In this document: positions 25,201 through 40,200 of the stretch, in pieces
Layout: each line of letters begins with the position of its first letter
How positions within the stretch are numbered: the first letter of the stretch is position 1
Origin: Malacoraja senta
Lineage: Eukaryota
DNA length: 64,000 bases
Direction: 5' to 3'
NCBI GenBank assembly: GCA_038087875.1
Contig: CM075989.1
Span: forward strand, 18,850,001-18,914,000
Notes under the pieces: model-generated
Seen by the model: the letters and a program-made list of their open reading frames with translations, nothing else
What the model was told of the DNA's origin: nothing
Database searches by the model: none
Position numbers and translations under genes: made by a program

Positions 25201-28200
25201 ATGTGCGGGATGTTGGAAATCCAAAATAAAAACGTAAAATTCTGGACATTTAGACATCCTATTACTGTCATTCCATTTGATCTGTAAATTTCTCCCCCAC
25301 TTTGTAAAAACTAACTTGCACTTCTCAGTTCTAACAAAGGGTTGCAATGCTAAAACATCGGCTGTTTCTCATTCCACGGTTGTTGCCTGACTTGATGAGT
25401 TTATCCAGCAGAAAAAAATCAATTACTTGCTTAAGATGTTAGAATCACTACCTGTCACATCTGCGACATTTTCTAGTTCGAGTGAAGAATCAGAAAGTTT
25501 GAAATTTACTTTCCAGTTGGTTTTTCTGTACCCACCTATCACTGGCCAGGCTTTGCCCTGCCCCTCCTCTCTTCCACCTTTCGTCCCCCCCCACCCCCCC
25601 AACCACAATCCGTCTGAAGTAGGGTCCCAACCCGAAACATCGCCTATCCATGTTCTCCAGAGATGCTGCCTGACCTGCTGAGTTACTCCAGCACTTTGTG
25701 TCCACATCTAACTAGGTCACCTTCCCTGAAAATATTACAATGCAACATTAACATACTATATGCATGGACAATCACAATCCTATGAACTGCCAAGCCCACT
25801 CCATTCCTTTTATTTATAATCTTACCCAGCTCATAACCTGTAGGAATTTCTGGGGATATTGTGCTTTGGGCTTTTCCAAAAGGGCAAGGTAGGAATTCAC
25901 TGCATAGAGTCTCAACTGCTTGTCCTCCACTTCATCATCAAATCCTAGAAGTCAGAGAGAACATTACATTTTAAATATCAAAACCAAGCTGCAAATGTAT
26001 CAATAACATTTATCTTCAGGAGTCATATTTGGAAAATATGGGTGTCTAAATTATGTGAAGGAATGATATACATCTTGTTATACTCACAAACCAAGAGTGG
26101 ATTAGTAAAAGACTGACATTAAATGCCTTTGTCAGTACGACAATATCTCTGGCATAGACAGTGGTGCCTAAACCTTCTCATCCATGGCCAAAAATTGATC
26201 ATACATTTGGACTTTATGGAGAGGAAGTATCCTCTAGTGGGAGAGTCCAGGACCACAGGCCATAGCCTCTGAATAAAAGGACATATCTTTAGAAAGGAGA
26301 TGAGGAGGAATTTCTTTAGTCAGCCGGTGGTGAATCTGTGGAATTCATTGCCACAGACGGTTGTGGAGGCCAAGTCAATGGATATTTTTAAGGCGCCGAT
26401 TGACAGATTCTTGAATAGTACAGGTGTCGGGGGTTGTGGGGAAAAGACAGGAGAGGATTAAGAGGGAAAGATAGATCAGCCATGAATGAATGGCGGAGTA
26501 GACTTGATGGGCCAAATGGCCTAATTCTGCTGCTATAACGTGTATTTATGACTTGCGGGCCATATTTTAAGATAGCACGATAAATGAATGAATAATTCTG
26601 TCAAAATGATTCAAGCTTTCGAAACATGTTATTTTGCTTTGTAGCTTATTAATCACAAAATTAAAGCATTAAGAAAATCAAATTAAATAATTGAAGACAA
26701 TATTAAAGCATGAAACAAAAGACTCACAATGAATATTGTGAGGACAGTGAATGTTCTTACCAGTCTACCCGCCTGCCCCGTGAATGCCAAAACTTACACC
26801 ACAGCTGCAAGGCTGCATGTCAACTGGTTCAACAACTTTATATCCTATAATTTTATTTTAATCCTTTGGACCTCCTCTTACGGCCCAGTTTCACTCCTTT
26901 GCAATGTTGGGCCCCGGATGGAGGTTGGGAACCAGCGATCTTAAGTGTGCATCAGAAATAAGAAACACCTCAATAAAAGATTTTCCTACTTTCATAAAGG
27001 TATGACATTTAAAAGGGGCGCTGAATCATTTAAATGAATGACAAGTCACAGCGATACTCTTGTTTTGCATACACAAGGTGCATGCAAAGCAAAAAGAGTC
27101 ACCACATGAGGGCGCCACCGACAAAGTTAAGGAATCCCACACCAGGTCCTGTTTAAGAAGGAACTGCAGATGCTGGAAAATCGAAGGTAGACAAAAATGC
27201 TGGAGAAACTCAGCGGGTGAGGCAGCATCTATGGAGCGAAGGAACAAGAAAGTCTGGAAGGAGACCCTCCTTCATCAGTCTGAAGAAGGGTCTCGACCCA
27301 AAACGTCACCCATTCCTTCGCTCCATAGATGCTGCCTCACCCACTGAGTTTCTCCAGCATTTTTGTCCACACCAGGTCCTCCCTTGTTCTGTACCCCCAC
27401 GCCGGATCCTCCTTTGTCGCCCCCCCCCCCCCCAACTACCCTGGTGGTAAACACTTTCCAAGTTAAATATAACTACTGAATTTCAACAGTGATTCTTTCT
27501 GCTGGTCGTTTACCTTCAGCCAGTAGTCTCAAGAAGTTGTTTGGGATTTCCGGTTGTATCATATCTCCACCAACTGAAAACACAGTGTTCATGGTTTGTA
27601 TAAACCACTCGTTACTGGGAGCATATGTTTGTCGGTTGTCAAGGTGGGAAACCAATCCATTATAAATCTGTCTGCTTTCTTTTGATTATGTGACAGAGAA
27701 TGCACGGGAGGGATTGGGAAGATGTATTTCAAAAGAAAATTGCACTGAACAATACATGAAAGATTATTTTCTGGATGATATACTATTGAAATGCAAATCT
27801 GAAATTAGCATTTTCATTGCACATTTTAGGAAAAATTATAGAATAGTACCTCCCACCTTATTCTCAGCTTTCTTTTGGCTAAGATTAGCAAATGATGCAA
27901 AGGCAGCGCTGCATCCTGCAGCCAGACCATGCATGGATGCAATTTACACCACAGCCTTGATGCATGGGTTAGATTAGATGCATGATTAGAGTTTCAACCA
28001 AGCTGCATTTTAAACTTCTGCAGTCATTAAGAGGGAGAATGGAAGTCCACTTAAATCCAATTATATCTATGCATCCCAGAACTTTAAAAAAAATGTGAAC
28101 TGCAACATTCCAGACATCTATCAGCAATGCAGACTGAAACATCGTGCAAATTTTCATTTTCTTTAATGTCCACATTACAACTATCAACGGTCAAGACCTT

Positions 28201-31200
28201 CCAAACACTTTAAGTTTTTAGTGTTGGAAAGAACTGCAGATGCTGGTTTAAATCGAAGGTAGACACAAAATGCTGGAGTAACTCAGCGGGACAGGCAGCA
28301 TCTCTGGAGAGAAGGAATGGGTGACGCTTTGGGTCGAGACCCTTCTTCAGACTAATTGAAGAGGTATGGGCAGGTAAAATTACAACACTCAAAAGGCATT
28401 GGGACAGGTACAAGGATAGCAACGGTCTAGAGAGAATTGTGCTAAATGCAAGCAAATGGGACTAACCCAGGCAGGCAACTTGGTCGGCATGCACACGTTG
28501 GGCCAAAGGGCCTGTTTACATGATGTCATATATAATTCGTCAGACTTTTAAGTTTAATAATTTAAGTTACCCTGGAAAACTAAATGTAGGATTGAATCTT
28601 CTTAAAAAACACACTATTTCTCAAGTGTCTATTCTAATCCATCAGAAGGCACCTGGTATGTAAGGAGTGACAGAGAAACTAAGCTGAAAGAGTTTGGCAG
28701 GATGAACTTTCACATTGCCAATACTTGGGCTATAGGAGCACGAAACTCATGACAACCCAGATCCTGCAAAATAATGAACGGTTTAAAGAAATCACTGCAT
28801 TCTTTCCTCACCTTAAACATTCAAAAATATGACAATGAATATCCAATGCAAGTGCCTTCTCATAGAGTTTTTTACTATTTGTGATTTCAAAATCACCAGC
28901 TTTCTCATTTAATTTACACGCAGGAATACTTCTGAGCTCAGAGTGGCACAGTTGGCCAAAAATCCAGGTTCAATACTGAACTAGAGTTCTGTTTATGTGG
29001 AGTTTGCACGTAGGTAGGTACAGCTGCTGCCTCACAGCGCCAGAGACCCAGGTTCAATCCTGACCTCGGGTGCTGTCGGTGTGGAGTTTGCATGTTCTCC
29101 CTGCGACCGCATGGATTTCCTCCGAGTGCACCGGTTTCCTCCCACATCCCAAAGACGTGCGGGTTTGTAGATTAATTGGCCTCTGTTAATTGCCTCGAGT
29201 GTATCGGGAGTGGATGAGAAAGTGGGATTACATTGAACTAAAGTGAACAGGTGATCATTGGTTGGTGTGAACTCGGTGGGATGAAGGACCTGTTTTCATG
29301 ATGTATCTTCCAATCAATCAACTAACATTTCACACAGAATAATTAATCTTATCTATAATCAGTGCCAGCATATTTTTCTGTTCAATCTACATATTCTCAG
29401 TCTCAGCATCTCATTCCCATTATGATGCAAAATATAATCAATGCCTATTTGTTCAAACGCACGTCAATTGTTAAAGGATATTGTTCTGCAAGTTCTGCTA
29501 TTTTGCCAACTAAATTGATGGTGATGTATTCATCCTTGCTTTGTCTCAAGTAGTCCAGCAGTTTCTGCACTATAACAGCTACGTTTTGTGCATTGGTAAT
29601 TCGGTAGAGCAGTTCTAGCGTCTGTGGAAAGAGTGCAACTTGGATCATTTCAAAACAGTTAAAACAATATGAATGAAATGAGGAGACACAAAAACCCGTT
29701 GATGCTGGAATCTTGAGCAAAGTACAAAGTGCTGAAGGAACTCACCGGATCAGTCAGCATCTGTGGAGGAAATGGACAGATGACGTTTCGGGTCGGGACT
29801 CTTCCTCAGACTGACTGGAATTCTTTTCCAGTTTTTTCCCCTCTACTTCATTCAGTCTGAAGAAGGGTTCTGACCTGAATCAACGTCTGTGCATTCTCTC
29901 CTGACCTGCTGGCTTGTCCTCCAGCACTTTTGTGCTTTACTGAATGAAATCAGGAGTCATTTCAGAAAGCAGTCCACTCGGAGATGGAAGAATTAACAGT
30001 CTAAGGCTCCCATGCAATTTCCACTCACCAGAATCAACTTTGAAGCCAACTGAACTTAGATTAATTAAGAATAAAAACAAGAACAGTAAAACAATCCACT
30101 GGTAAAGATTTAATGAACCTTCAAATCAATGTTTTGAATATAAATAATGCCATCATTTCATTTGGCTTATCAAGCAAACTGCCTGGGTCAAAACGACTTA
30201 CCTCTCTCTTTATAATCGGGTCAGAGTGATCTAAACATTCAATTATTGTCAACTGGTGCTGAAGAACTAGATTCAAATCTTGCCGGATTACGTATGTGAG
30301 TGCTTTTAATCCTGGAACATTTAAATACAATGTTCATTTTTCAACATCAACAATGCAATGCAAAATAAAACTATTCCAAGACAAATCATCTAATGTCCTT
30401 ACCTAGATATTTCAGGTTGTTTTTTGGTGATAAGATAAACTTTCCAGTACACTTTGCTGCCTTCTCCAACAATTCTGACTTTGGATGAATGGTATATATT
30501 GTTTGAATACACTCAAATAATATTGCTGAAAAACACAAGATTAAAATGGAACAGGATGCAATAAGGAAGCTGCAGAAACGTGTTTCTTGATGAGAGCCTA
30601 AAGAATGATTCGTCTGTATTGCAATAATGTGCCAGCTGGAAAAAGAACAATATGCATATTTACGACAAAATGTTAAAACAGCTGAGCATTAGGATTTCAA
30701 AGAATTGGTAATTGTTTGAATCTGGCAAAGATTTATTGGCAAAAGAATAGACACAAAGTGCTGGAGTAACTCAGTGGGTCAGGCAGGATCCCTCTAGAAC
30801 ATGGATAGGTAATATTTTGGGTTGGGACCCTTCTTCAGACTGATTGTAGGGGGGAGGGGAAAGAAATCTAAGAGGAGGGGCAGGACAAAGCATGGCAGGT
30901 AAAAGGTGAACATAGGCAAGGGAGGTTTTTGATAGGCAGATGGTTGGACAAAGGCGGTAGATTTAAAAAAAAAGTGTGAGACAAAAGAATTGAAGAGTTG
31001 TGAATTGTGAAGCCAGAGGAAGGAACGTAGGTGGAGGGGAGACATAGGTGGGGCACAGGGCAGGTGGGGAGGAGGGAAAGAAAGGGTGTGTGAGGGGAAA
31101 GGGGGAGGCGGTGGGGTTGTTAAAGATGACCTAAAGTTGGAGAATTGAATGTTCATACCATTGGGTTATAAGCTACCCAAGCGGAATATGGAGGTGTTGT

Positions 31201-34200
31201 TCTCACACTTTGCATGTGGCATCACTCTTGCTATGGAGGCCCAGGACAGTAAAGATCAGTATGGGAATGGGAAGGGGAGTTAAAATGGTTGGCAACCTGG
31301 AGATTGGTGATTTAATGCCAATATTTTCTCTACAAATTGATTAATTGGAAAATATTCAACTGAAAAATAGTTAAAAGAGCCAGACCATAGAATAATAAAT
31401 GATTCCAACAGAATTATTCAGCTAAAGCTAAAACATTAGCAAGATTATTTATGGTGCATCGTAAATTCGTACAGTTGCACCAGAGACGGCTTTGGGTTTA
31501 TTCAAATTGGTGAGATTAATGTCAAGAGTATTATTTACTGAAGACAATGGTCATGGTTTACAGTGAGTCCAGAAATGAAATAAATAAGCTGCCAACAAAA
31601 AGATCTTCCTATGGAATCACTGGCATGGTTCCCATTCAAACCACAGGAGGCTACCAGATTACGTCCATGCAATCCAAACTCTTCCGCCTTCAGAAACAGA
31701 GAGAAAAAATATAATTAGCAGTCCAGTTCAGAGGATTTAAGAGTTGGAGACAAAATTGCTGGAGAAACTCAGCGGGTGCAGCGGCATCTATGGAGCGAAG
31801 GAAATAGGCTGACAAAAGTACTGGAGAAACTCAGTGGGTGCAGGACAAAAGTGCTGGCCTATTTCCTTCGCTCCATAGATGCTGCTGCACCCGCTGAGTT
31901 TCTCCAGCACTTTTGTCTACCTCAGAGGATTTAAGGTTGATTGGTTTAGTTTAGGCCCAAAATTGATCATTATAAAGCACTGTTCAGCACAAGAACTGTA
32001 TACCAAATGTGGTCACTGGAGAGGCTATTAGTTAACTATTTCCCAGTTTGAAAGTTTATCTACAGGCATCTGCTTGTTGGTGTAGACCTACAGAAGTAAA
32101 GTCAAGCACACACAGTTACTTACCATAGGTTATGTTGTGGTTCAGATCAGCTCTTCGTAAAGATTCATCAAGAACATCATACATTAATTCACTAGTTCTG
32201 CACCAAAATAAAAACACATTGCAAAGATACAAATTTAGATTAATGAAGTGAATTATTTTAAAATGTTGGATATTTTAAAGAAAGGTGGCTAGTACAAAGA
32301 AAGAACACAGATTAATTTTATCAGTGCCTTTCATTGGCTCTAAATATCCCAAAGAATTTCACAGCAGTAATTGTGAATTTTAGCTGCTATTTTAATATAG
32401 GCAGAATTGATTTATACGCAAGGGGAATAGTTAGGGTGAATGCACAGTCTTTTCCCCAGGGTAGGGAAATCAAGAACTAGAGGGCAAAGGTTTAAGGTGA
32501 GAGGGGAAAGATTTAATAGGAACCTGAGGGGCAACCTTTTCACACAGAGGTAGGCATATGGAACGAGCTGCCAGAAGTAGTTGAGGCAGGTACAATAACA
32601 ACATTTAAAATGACATTTGGATACATGGATAGGAAATGAGGCAAATGTGGGCGCATGGAACCATCGTGGACAGGGCATCTTGGTGGGCATGGACGAGTTG
32701 GGCTGAAGGGCTTGTTTCCATGCGGTGTGACTATGACACTAATAACTATTATTCTTCAAAATTGCCATGCAACTTTACTGTTCAGTCAAACACTCAGGCA
32801 TGATCTCAATTCAATAATTCATTCAAAGGATTGCACCAGACATTCAAGCATTCTCTCAGTAGTGTGACCACATCCTAAATTACTTACGCAGGTCATTGGA
32901 ATGGGATTTGACCTTGAAAACCTTATGATCTTGTAAAATGTAGCAGCACTATTTTAAAGATACAAATTTAATTTCCAATGGAATTATTATAACCCAGTCA
33001 AGTTCCACATCTCAAGTAACTTAATATCTCTCTCTATTCTGAATAAACAACTGAGCCTCCACAGCCAGGGTAGAGAATGCAATGATTCACCACACTCTTG
33101 GTGAGACGATATCATTCCTAAAGAACGCCTTATTCTGAGATTGTGACATGTAGTACTGGATTCCATCAGTATCCAGATGAGATCAGTTTAACGGCATCAT
33201 GTTCGGCGCAAACATTGTTATTCCTTATCTCCCATGTCAGACAAATAAATACTTCTGAAGCATTATCACTATTGAAATGCACTATAACCGCCTGCTTTTC
33301 CCTTCTAAAATATAAGCTCCAATTTCTACATTCATGGACTGGCATCTTAATGATGAGCAACAACAGACATTCTTACGTTGTTGAAAATACATAATGTATG
33401 CTTTAAAATAGATAACCCTTATATGCAGACATCTCTGGATACAGATATAATCCCTGTCTGCATCTTCAAAACCTCACCTGGATGCAACTTTTCCATTTTG
33501 AATTCCTACGCCCACATTTATAGTGGAAGCTGCCACTGTGCACTTGTCAAGCTTCCCCTCAGTGGAGTTACTGCTGCACCACTGCTGAGGGAGAGAGAGG
33601 GTACAATTACAGTGCGACAAGTTTACAGAGACAGTTACCATTATAAATATAGATAAAGGAGTGAATACAAACAAGGACTTTTAATATGGGAACCACTCTC
33701 TATCTATCGATATGCGCAAACAATCCTGACCTAAAATAAGATTTAATATAATGACATTGTATTTCAATTTAGAGTCATACAACACGGAAACACGACCTTC
33801 GGCCCAACTTGCCCACGCCGACCAACAGGTCCTATCTACACTAGTCCCACCTTCCCGCGTTTGACCCATATCCATGTAGCTGTCCAAATGTTTCTTAAAC
33901 GTTGTGATAGTAACTTCCTCAACTACTTCCTTCGGCAGGTCGAACAATACACCCACCACCCTTTGCGTGAAAAAGTTCTTGAATACTTTACAGGAGACCA
34001 ATCTGTAATTAAAATAATTGTATACAAGATTGTAATTAGCTGCATTAGAACTAATTGGCAATGCCATTGCTTATTATTCTTACTTGGGCCACATGTGATT
34101 CTACAGCCTCAACCAGCCGATATAAATATTCACCAGCCCTTCAGTCCAGAGGGGATGTGGAGAGGATGTTTCCACTGGTTGGAGAGTCTAGGACCAGAGG

Positions 34201-37200
34201 CCATAGCCTCAGAATAAAAACGATGTACCTTTAGAAAGGAGATGAGGAGGAAGTTCTTCAGTCAGAGGGTGGTGAATCTGTGGAATTCATTGCCACAGAA
34301 GACTATGAAGGCCAAGTCAACAGATATTTTTAAGGCAGAGATTGACAGATTCTTGATTAGTTCGGGTGTCAGGAGATACGAGGAGAAGGCAGGGGTTGAG
34401 AGGGAAAGAGAGATCAGCCATGAAGGAATGTCAGAGTGGGCTAGATGGGCCGAATGGCCTAATTCTGCTCCTATATCTTATACAAAAATGGTGATAGTGT
34501 ACTTCCTAGATTTTGTTTAATTTTGAAATATGGTAGCATTATACATCGAAATGGAAAACTAAGCAAGGAATAACTTACACAGGATCATCTTTTCCCAACA
34601 ATCTTAAAATCCTCAGCAACTGGATCTGTAGCCAGGGTGCTGGCACACTGTGGTAGTTGAAGTCCACTGCAAGCTTTCCGCCAACCACTTGCTTAAGAAT
34701 AGTTACAAAGCTCCCAGTTAAATCTTTATGGCCATCTGGATTTTCCTAAAATACAGGAATTGAACTATTAACTTTATTTTCTTTAAGATTTAGAAGCAAA
34801 AATGACCTTTTCAATTCAATACAATACATAATGCTGGACAAACACAGCAGGTCAGACAGCATCTGCAGAGTCTGACGAAGGGTCCTGATCCGAAATATCA
34901 TCTGTCCATTCCTTCCGCAGAGCACGTTGTGCCATTTTTGGCAAACCAGCATCTACATAACCCTCCAAGGTACTGCCTGGTCCGCTGAGTTCCTCCAGTA
35001 CTTTGTAGAAACAAGGAACTGCAGATGCTGGTTTACAACAACAACAAAAACACAAAGTGATGGAGTAACTCAGCAGGTCAGGCAGCATCTCTGGAGAACA
35101 TGGATAGGTGACATTTCAGGTCAGGACCCTACTTCACATTTGTAAACCATCTGCAGTTCATTGTTTTTACATTTTGCTGTTCCATTGCAAAATCTCCTCA
35201 AGGTAGCAAAGGGTCCTGACCCAAAATGTCACCCATGTTCTCCAGAGATGCTGCATGACCCGCTGAGTTCCTTCACTGCTTTGGTTTTTTTGCTCAAGAT
35301 TCCAGCAGTTCCTTGAGTCTACTGTTTCAATTCCAACCTGCTCATCACTCTTTCCCTGCTGCCTTAGAGAGGCACAGTTCAGACTGATGCTGTCATACTA
35401 AACAAGTATTTTGATCATAGTTTCATTTTTAATAAGTGGTTGACTATCCACTATTACCAAATTGCTCTAATTGTGTCACTAAGGGGCATGGGGAAAATCA
35501 ATGAGGGATTTCATTCCATTGTATTAGAAAATAAGAGAATGATGGAAAATCCAACTCGGCTGCAATAGAAATACAAGAGACTGCAGATGGTGGAATCTGC
35601 AATAGTCAGCAATCATACAATGCCACTACTTATGTAGGCACACACACACACTGTTTATGATTGCAATAACATATCCCAGAGTTAATGGACTGACTAAATT
35701 CTTAAACAGTTAGATAATTTTAATTTACCGTTCTACATCCAATACTTCAGTACGACTTGTTGGGAAAAGAATGAGGTTTGACAATATTGCATTTATGAGG
35801 CAAGAGAAGAAAACCGCAACAACAAAAAATCATTGATTACACCAGGGTACCTTAATCAGCAGAAGGTAGATGTGAAGAGAGGCAGCCATGACTCCAGGGT
35901 CCTTGTCACACAGAGCTTTCTTAAACTTGTCATGAATGTGTTGAACTTGATTTGGAGCAATAAGATAGAACTTATACAGCGCAAGCACTGCTTTTCTTCT
36001 TATTATTTCCCTATGAAGTAATATTTTCATTTTAGTCATGTTTACATAATTGCACTCATAATTATGAATTTTAAAACTCCAATGCTCTCAGGAGTCATAT
36101 AATCAACCTCAGATTTTCCAAGTGATTTCATCATAAAAACAACACAACTCTCAAGCGCTGTAAGTTTTCCTTCCATGGTTTACATGGTCTCCCTCAAAGC
36201 ATGGCATACTGCCAAGTCCACTTGTGAAATTAAGATTTTTACTGACAGCCAATGCAATTGTGAATTATGAAAGAAAGATACCCTAACATTTATAGTAGAG
36301 ATTTATAAATGTCTCTAATTGTTCACGGTCATTATCTGTAAAGGATGCATTGCATTATGGTGATGAGAAGCAACTCTATTTATTATTCAACAGTTAAGCT
36401 AAATGACTCATTTTCCTTTTCAATCAGAGTCCAATTGTAATCAATCAATAAATACAGAGCAAAATTAATTATTACGTGATGACAAAAGTTTGCAAATGCA
36501 GGCACAGGATATTATTTAACTTGACACAGACATGTCCCAGCTTACCTATGTACCCTTCAGCTAATTTTTCATTTTTCATATACTTTCCTGGTAAATACTG
36601 ATTTGGGATCCTGCTCATAGCCCCTAAAACCACATTGATTTCCCCTTTGGTTCCTGAATGGCTCCACTTTTCCCTCACTACATTCTTGGTTTTAATGTAC
36701 TTATAAAAGGTTTTGGGATTCGCAGCTTAATCCTGCTTACTGAGGCTGTTTCATGTCCTTCCCTCCCCCCCCCTCCTAATAGTACGTAATAAAAAGTTTT
36801 TCACTGTAGCCTTGGTACACGAGACAATAATAAACTAAACCGAACTAATTTCTTTCTTTAGTTCTCCCCAAGATTGTTCTCTTGAGTGGGAATTTTTCCA
36901 CCCATGGTGAACATTTTTGTGCACGCAGCAAAACATCCTGATCTGCCATGTACTCCCACAAGATTCCATCTGTGAAACAAATGCTCGATAAATTACATCC
37001 AAGATGTTGCCATCTTCCGTTCTTGTCTCTTACTTTGAATGCTGAAGCTTCTCTTCAACCAGAGGAAGAACGGCAGGGATCATATCCAGTGGAAAAAGCT
37101 GGCTGCCAACAGTCAAAGCCATGCAAACCTCAAGAAGGTTAGTGCTCTGGAGATCCTGCAAGTAGACCAAGATTTTCAAGAATTAGTACAATTGTACCAA

Positions 37201-40200
37201 ATGCACGAGATAAAAATGCAAAGGATACATCTTCTCAACTACTTGGACAAGCTCCATTAACTTATATGGATGTACAGCAGAAGTTTTATTTATCATCATT
37301 AAATTCTCTCTATGTAAAGAAAATGCAGCACCAGAGACCCGGGTTTGATCCTGACTTTGCCTGCTGTCTGTACAGAGTTTATACATTCTCCCCGTGACTG
37401 TGAATTTCCTCCCACACTCCAGAGACATACAGCTTTGAAGGTTATTTGGCTTCTGTAAGTGGTAAATTATCCCTCGTGTGTAGGCTAGTGCTAGTATACT
37501 TGGTGATTGCTGGTCGCACGGACTCGGTTGGCCGAAGGGCCTGCTTTCTAAGTCTAAAGACTAAAATAAATGATTCAGTCTTGGGAAACTTCCAACATGG
37601 TAATGTTCTTTCCAGAGTCCCTACACAGCTTTTTTTTAAAAATCATTTTGGGTGTTCTTTAAGTTACATCAGTTACTCGTGTATTAATCATATAGATCAT
37701 CAAACACCTGTGTGATGACGATGTACTCACTGACATTAATACCACAGAGAGCAATTTTACTTTAGCCAACAAAACTCGATATGGAACCAATATTACTCTT
37801 AGACAATAGACAAGAGGTGCAGGAGTAGGCCATTCGGCCCTTCAAGCCAGCACCGCCATTCAATGTGATCATGGCTGATCATCCCCAATCGGTACCCCGT
37901 ACCTGCCTTCTCCCCATATCCCCTGACTCCGCTATCTTTAAGAGCCCTATATAGCTCTCGCTTGAAAGTATCCAGAGAACCAGCCTCTGAGGCAGAGAAT
38001 TCCACACTCACAACTCTCTGTGAGAAAAATTGTTTTCCTCATCTCCGTTCTAAATGGCTTACCCCTTATTCTTAAACTGTGGCCCCTGGTTCTGGACTCC
38101 ACCAACACCAGGAACATGTTTCCTGCCTCTAGCGTGTCCAAACCCTTAACACTCTTATATGTTTCAATAAGATTCCCTCTCATCCTTCTAAACTCCAGAG
38201 TATACGCCCAGCCGCTCCATTCTCTCAGCATCTTTAAAGCAGTTAAAACAAAATGATAAAAAACAATGCACAAAATGAAATTCTTGAACTAGATAAAACT
38301 AGTCTAAATGGGTTCAGTTCAGTTTATTGTCCCGTGTACCGAGGTACAGTGAAAAGCTTTGTGAACGGGTGATCAATATGGACTTGTCGGGCTGAAGGGC
38401 CTGTGTTTATGCTGTATCTTTCAATCAATTCAATCAATCAATCAATCCCCCAGAAATGACAGGGTGTGATTTAGTAATGCTGGTGTAGGATTTTCAATGA
38501 AAGATTATTAAAAATGAAGGAAGACAGTCCTAAAAGGCCAGTAAAAGCCAGACTTTCATGCAATAAAAACAGATTGCACACTCCACATGGCCCTGCAATA
38601 AAAAGTTGCAATGTCACCTTTTTGTTTTGTAGACGCTATTGGAGGCTTGCAAACTGAGTAGTAACTGCGTCAGCACGACCCACACCAAGACATTAAACAT
38701 TAAGACAACACTTCCATTTGTTTTTAATTCAGTTCACAGGTTAATAGTCAGGATGTAGTATTGATCAGTTTGGATATTTCTTACCTTTAGGACGGTGTTC
38801 ACAAGCAACAGCAGCAGCTCGTGTCCCTCATTTAGAAAGAGAGAAACGGCCAAGTAGCCTAGCAATGAATAAACAAGTAAACATGAGTGCACTCAGTATG
38901 ATTCTCAAACAGATCTCCACTGCAGAATTTCAGCATGACAATGTGCATATTTTGCAGAAATCTTTAGTGCTAACCTTTGGCAAACTCAAATGTCACATTC
39001 AGCTAATGCAGGCTGACAATGTGACATCGTTTTCTCACCGCCTGACTAGTCCACATAAAGGTAGCCACAATGTAGAGGATTGCACATAGAAACGACAATT
39101 AATCAACAAAGATCAGAGAATACATTGAAAATTAACTAAACCTGGGTGGCACAGTGGCGCAGCAGTAGAGCTGCTGCCTTACAGCGCCAGAGACCCGGGT
39201 TCAATCTTGACTACGGGAGCTGTCTGTACGGAGTTTGTACGTTCTCCCTGTGACCTTCCTCTGGGTGCTCTGATTTCCTCCTACATTCCAAAGACATGCA
39301 GGTTTGTAGATTAATTAGCTTCTGTAAATTGCCCCTAGTGGTGTAGGATAGAACTAGAGTACGGGTGATCGCTGGTCAGCATGGATCGAATGGCCTGTTT
39401 CCATGCTGTATCTCTAAAACTAAAACCTGCCCTCACGTCACAAGCATGAGAAACTTTGTTTTATTTCTTTCCCTGCATCCACAAAATACAGTGGCCAATT
39501 TTAGAATCTTTACAAGTCAACAGAACAGTGGACCATTGACTAATAAGTGGAATTGCAAACACTATGCCTTATAAGGTTCAGTACCACCTCAGTGCTGCCA
39601 CACCAGCACAGCCAAACTGTACATTTAAAATGCTGTGTATTTTAAAAAACACAGGGGAACATACCAACTCTTTTTTCCATCAGGCTGCCCTGCTGAGCTA
39701 ATTTGATTGCGTGTATGTATCCAAAGGAGGCGTCGTACCCCAGCATTTCACAGTAGATCAAACGCACCAAACATTCCCACATTTGCTTCTGTAACAACAC
39801 CAGAAGGCATTAAGGAACAATTCGTTCAAACAGTAATTGCAGCGTTCAAAGTCTGAAGGATCATCTCAGATGCAAAGCAACAGCTAACCTTGCACAAATA
39901 ACACTGTTGTGGGGGAGGAAAGAAAATTTGAGATGTTGCAACGTCAAAGGTGGCTCCACAACGGTAGAGCTGCTGCCTCACAGCGCCAGAGCCCCGGGTG
40001 TCGTCTGTGTGGAGTTTGCACGTTCTCCCTCCCTGCGACCGCTCCAGTTTCCTCCCACATCCCAAAGACATGCGGGTTTGTAGGTTAATTGTCCTATGTA
40101 AAAGCCCTTGATGTGTAGGGAGTGGATGAGAAATTGGGATGTGTGAACGGATGTCGGCGTGGACTCTGTGGGCTAAAGGGCCTATTTCCATGCTGTATCC

